From Candidatus Saccharimonadota bacterium (GTDB taxonomy: Bacteria; Patescibacteriota; Patescibacteriia; 2-12-FULL-60-25): a DNA stretch of 32,000 bases. The notes beneath the pieces are model-generated. The model saw only the letters and a program-made list of their open reading frames with translations, did not search any database and was not told the DNA's origin. A program made the translations under genes and the position numbers. Location: assembly GCA_022843095.1 (NCBI GenBank), contig JALHOH010000002.1, positions 450,001 through 482,000 on the forward strand, given 5' to 3'. Every line of letters begins with the position of its first letter. Position 1 is the first letter of the stretch. Of this stretch, positions 31,151 through 32,000 are shown piece by piece.

Positions 31151-32000
31151 TTACAACAACCGCGCCTGTTCGGCCGGGGTCGATCCCCCGAGCACCGCAG
31201 CATCCACCTGCCCATCCTGGAACTCCACGACAAGTCCGGACCCTGGTTTTAGCCCCGCAGCGTGCGTAATCGGTGTTCCATACGGGGAACGCACCAGCGC
31301 ATATCCGCGCCGCAGCACCGCCCGCGGATCCACGCTCGCAAGCAGTCGCTCCACCCCTTCTACCCGAAGTCGCAACGTCTCAAGCCAACGCGTTCCTGAC
31401 GTCTGAACACGCGAGGTATTCGTCTGGACCGTCATGCGTACCGCGTTGATCCAATAGTCTGCCCCAACCAACGCGCGATCCATCTGACGTCGCATCCGTT
31501 CCACCATGACGGAAAGCGCATCCGCAATCCCATCCGAGGTGGATGCGACCTGAAACAGCACCTCACGACGATCTGGTACCAAACGACGAGCACAATCGGT
31601 CGGCGTCGATCCACGGACATCCGCAACCTCTTCCGCGAGCGTCACATCTCGTTCATGCCCGATCCCCACCAGTGTTGGGGTTTTGCAAGCAAAAATCGCG
31701 CGCACCACCGATTCGTCATTAAACGCCATCAGTTCCTCCATAGACCCCCCTCCGCGCGTCACCACGACCACGTCATATCCAGGCGTCTGGTTGATGCGGT
31801 CCAGGGCGGAAACGATCGCGCGAGGCGCATCTGCCCCCTGAACCGCGACGTGGTACACATCGATATCTAAGCCACCCCAACGTTCACCCAAGATGCGTAA
31901 AAAATCTCCGTAGGCCGCGCTTTCTTTGGAGGCAACCAAGGCGATCCGTCCGGGAAACAAAGGCAGTGCACGCTTCCGCGCCGCATCAAACATCCCTTCC
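31151..32000 (-). CDS. xseA: exodeoxyribonuclease VII large subunit (C-terminal ~280 aa; N-terminus beyond window end)
   Basis: FDAARKRALPLFPGRIALVASKESAAYGDFLRILGERW ... VVVTRGGGSMEELMAFNDE ... TLVGIGHERDVTLAE matches the XseA catalytic and helical region. The N-terminal OB-fold is missing, so the gene continues past 32000. Confidence 0.9.
   Translation of the reverse strand, partial: EGMFDAARKRALPLFPGRIALVASKESAAYGDFLRILGERWGGLDIDVYHVAVQGADAPRAIVSALDRINQTPGYDVVVVTRGGGSMEELMAFNDESVVRAIFACKTPTLVGIGHERDVTLAEEVADVRGSTPTDCARRLVPDRREVLFQVASTSDGIADALSVMVERMRRQMDRALVGADYWINAVRMTVQTNTSRVQTSGTRWLETLRLRVEGVERLLASVDPRAVLRRGYALVRSPYGTPITHAAGLKPGSGLVVEFQDGQVDAAVLGGSTPAEQARLL

Noticed and set aside
1-32000. 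Search of intergenic regions for tRNA, rRNA, tmRNA or transposon ends
   Set aside because: I saw no cloverleaf-compatible sequence, rRNA-like stretch or terminal inverted-repeat pair in the gaps longer than 40 bp. These gaps are 12048-12181, 13880-14128, 15707-15892, 16361-16849, 25567-25736 and 29666-29865. A covariance-model scan would be needed to be certain.

Overview
The window is a bacterial chromosome segment coded almost entirely on the minus strand. Spot counts of 60-nt lines give about 45-55 % GC outside one island. I infer, but have not shown, a Patescibacteria/CPR-like organism. The basis is a DUF4012 protein, an archaeal-type UMP kinase, TrmB-like and wHTH regulators, a half-length TsaB, rplJ-rplL detached from rplKA/rpoBC, and near absence of Shine-Dalgarno (SD) sequences.

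Content in order:
(1) 1-7201: a tightly packed minus-strand operon. It encodes a HlyD-type adaptor, an ABC ATPase, two paralogous MacB/FtsX permeases, a 511-aa protein made of about ten 34-residue repeats, and two tandem membrane-anchored SAM methyltransferase paralogs. The second paralog runs off the window.
(2) queA on the plus strand.
(3) 8241-11954: a surface-glycan operon with an O-antigen-ligase-like protein and two GT4 glycosyltransferases.
(4) About 12.1-16.85 kb: a visibly GC-richer island, about 65-68 % by spot counts. It carries three tandem cysteine-rich lipoprotein genes that share a C-terminal domain ending RG[QR]CP. Each has a canonical GGAGG SD, and two to three have their own promoter-like and terminator elements. 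A divergent 76-codon ORF in the island has a perfect SD and a terminator. This island is my best candidate for something undescribed.
(5) 16850-25566: a long envelope operon with a wHTH regulator, short TsaB, a processive GT2, a second GT2, DUF4012, mreB, GT4 and a TrmB-like regulator.
(6) Two plus-strand membrane proteins, one with a degenerate PP2C-like N-terminus, a TM helix and a beta-propeller.
(7) xseA (partial)-xseB-DUF360 holin-like protein, pyrH and rplJ-rplL with a structured leader.

I recognised no rRNA, tRNA, CRISPR array, transposase or integrase. All family assignments rest on motifs read by eye from the translations; no searches were run.
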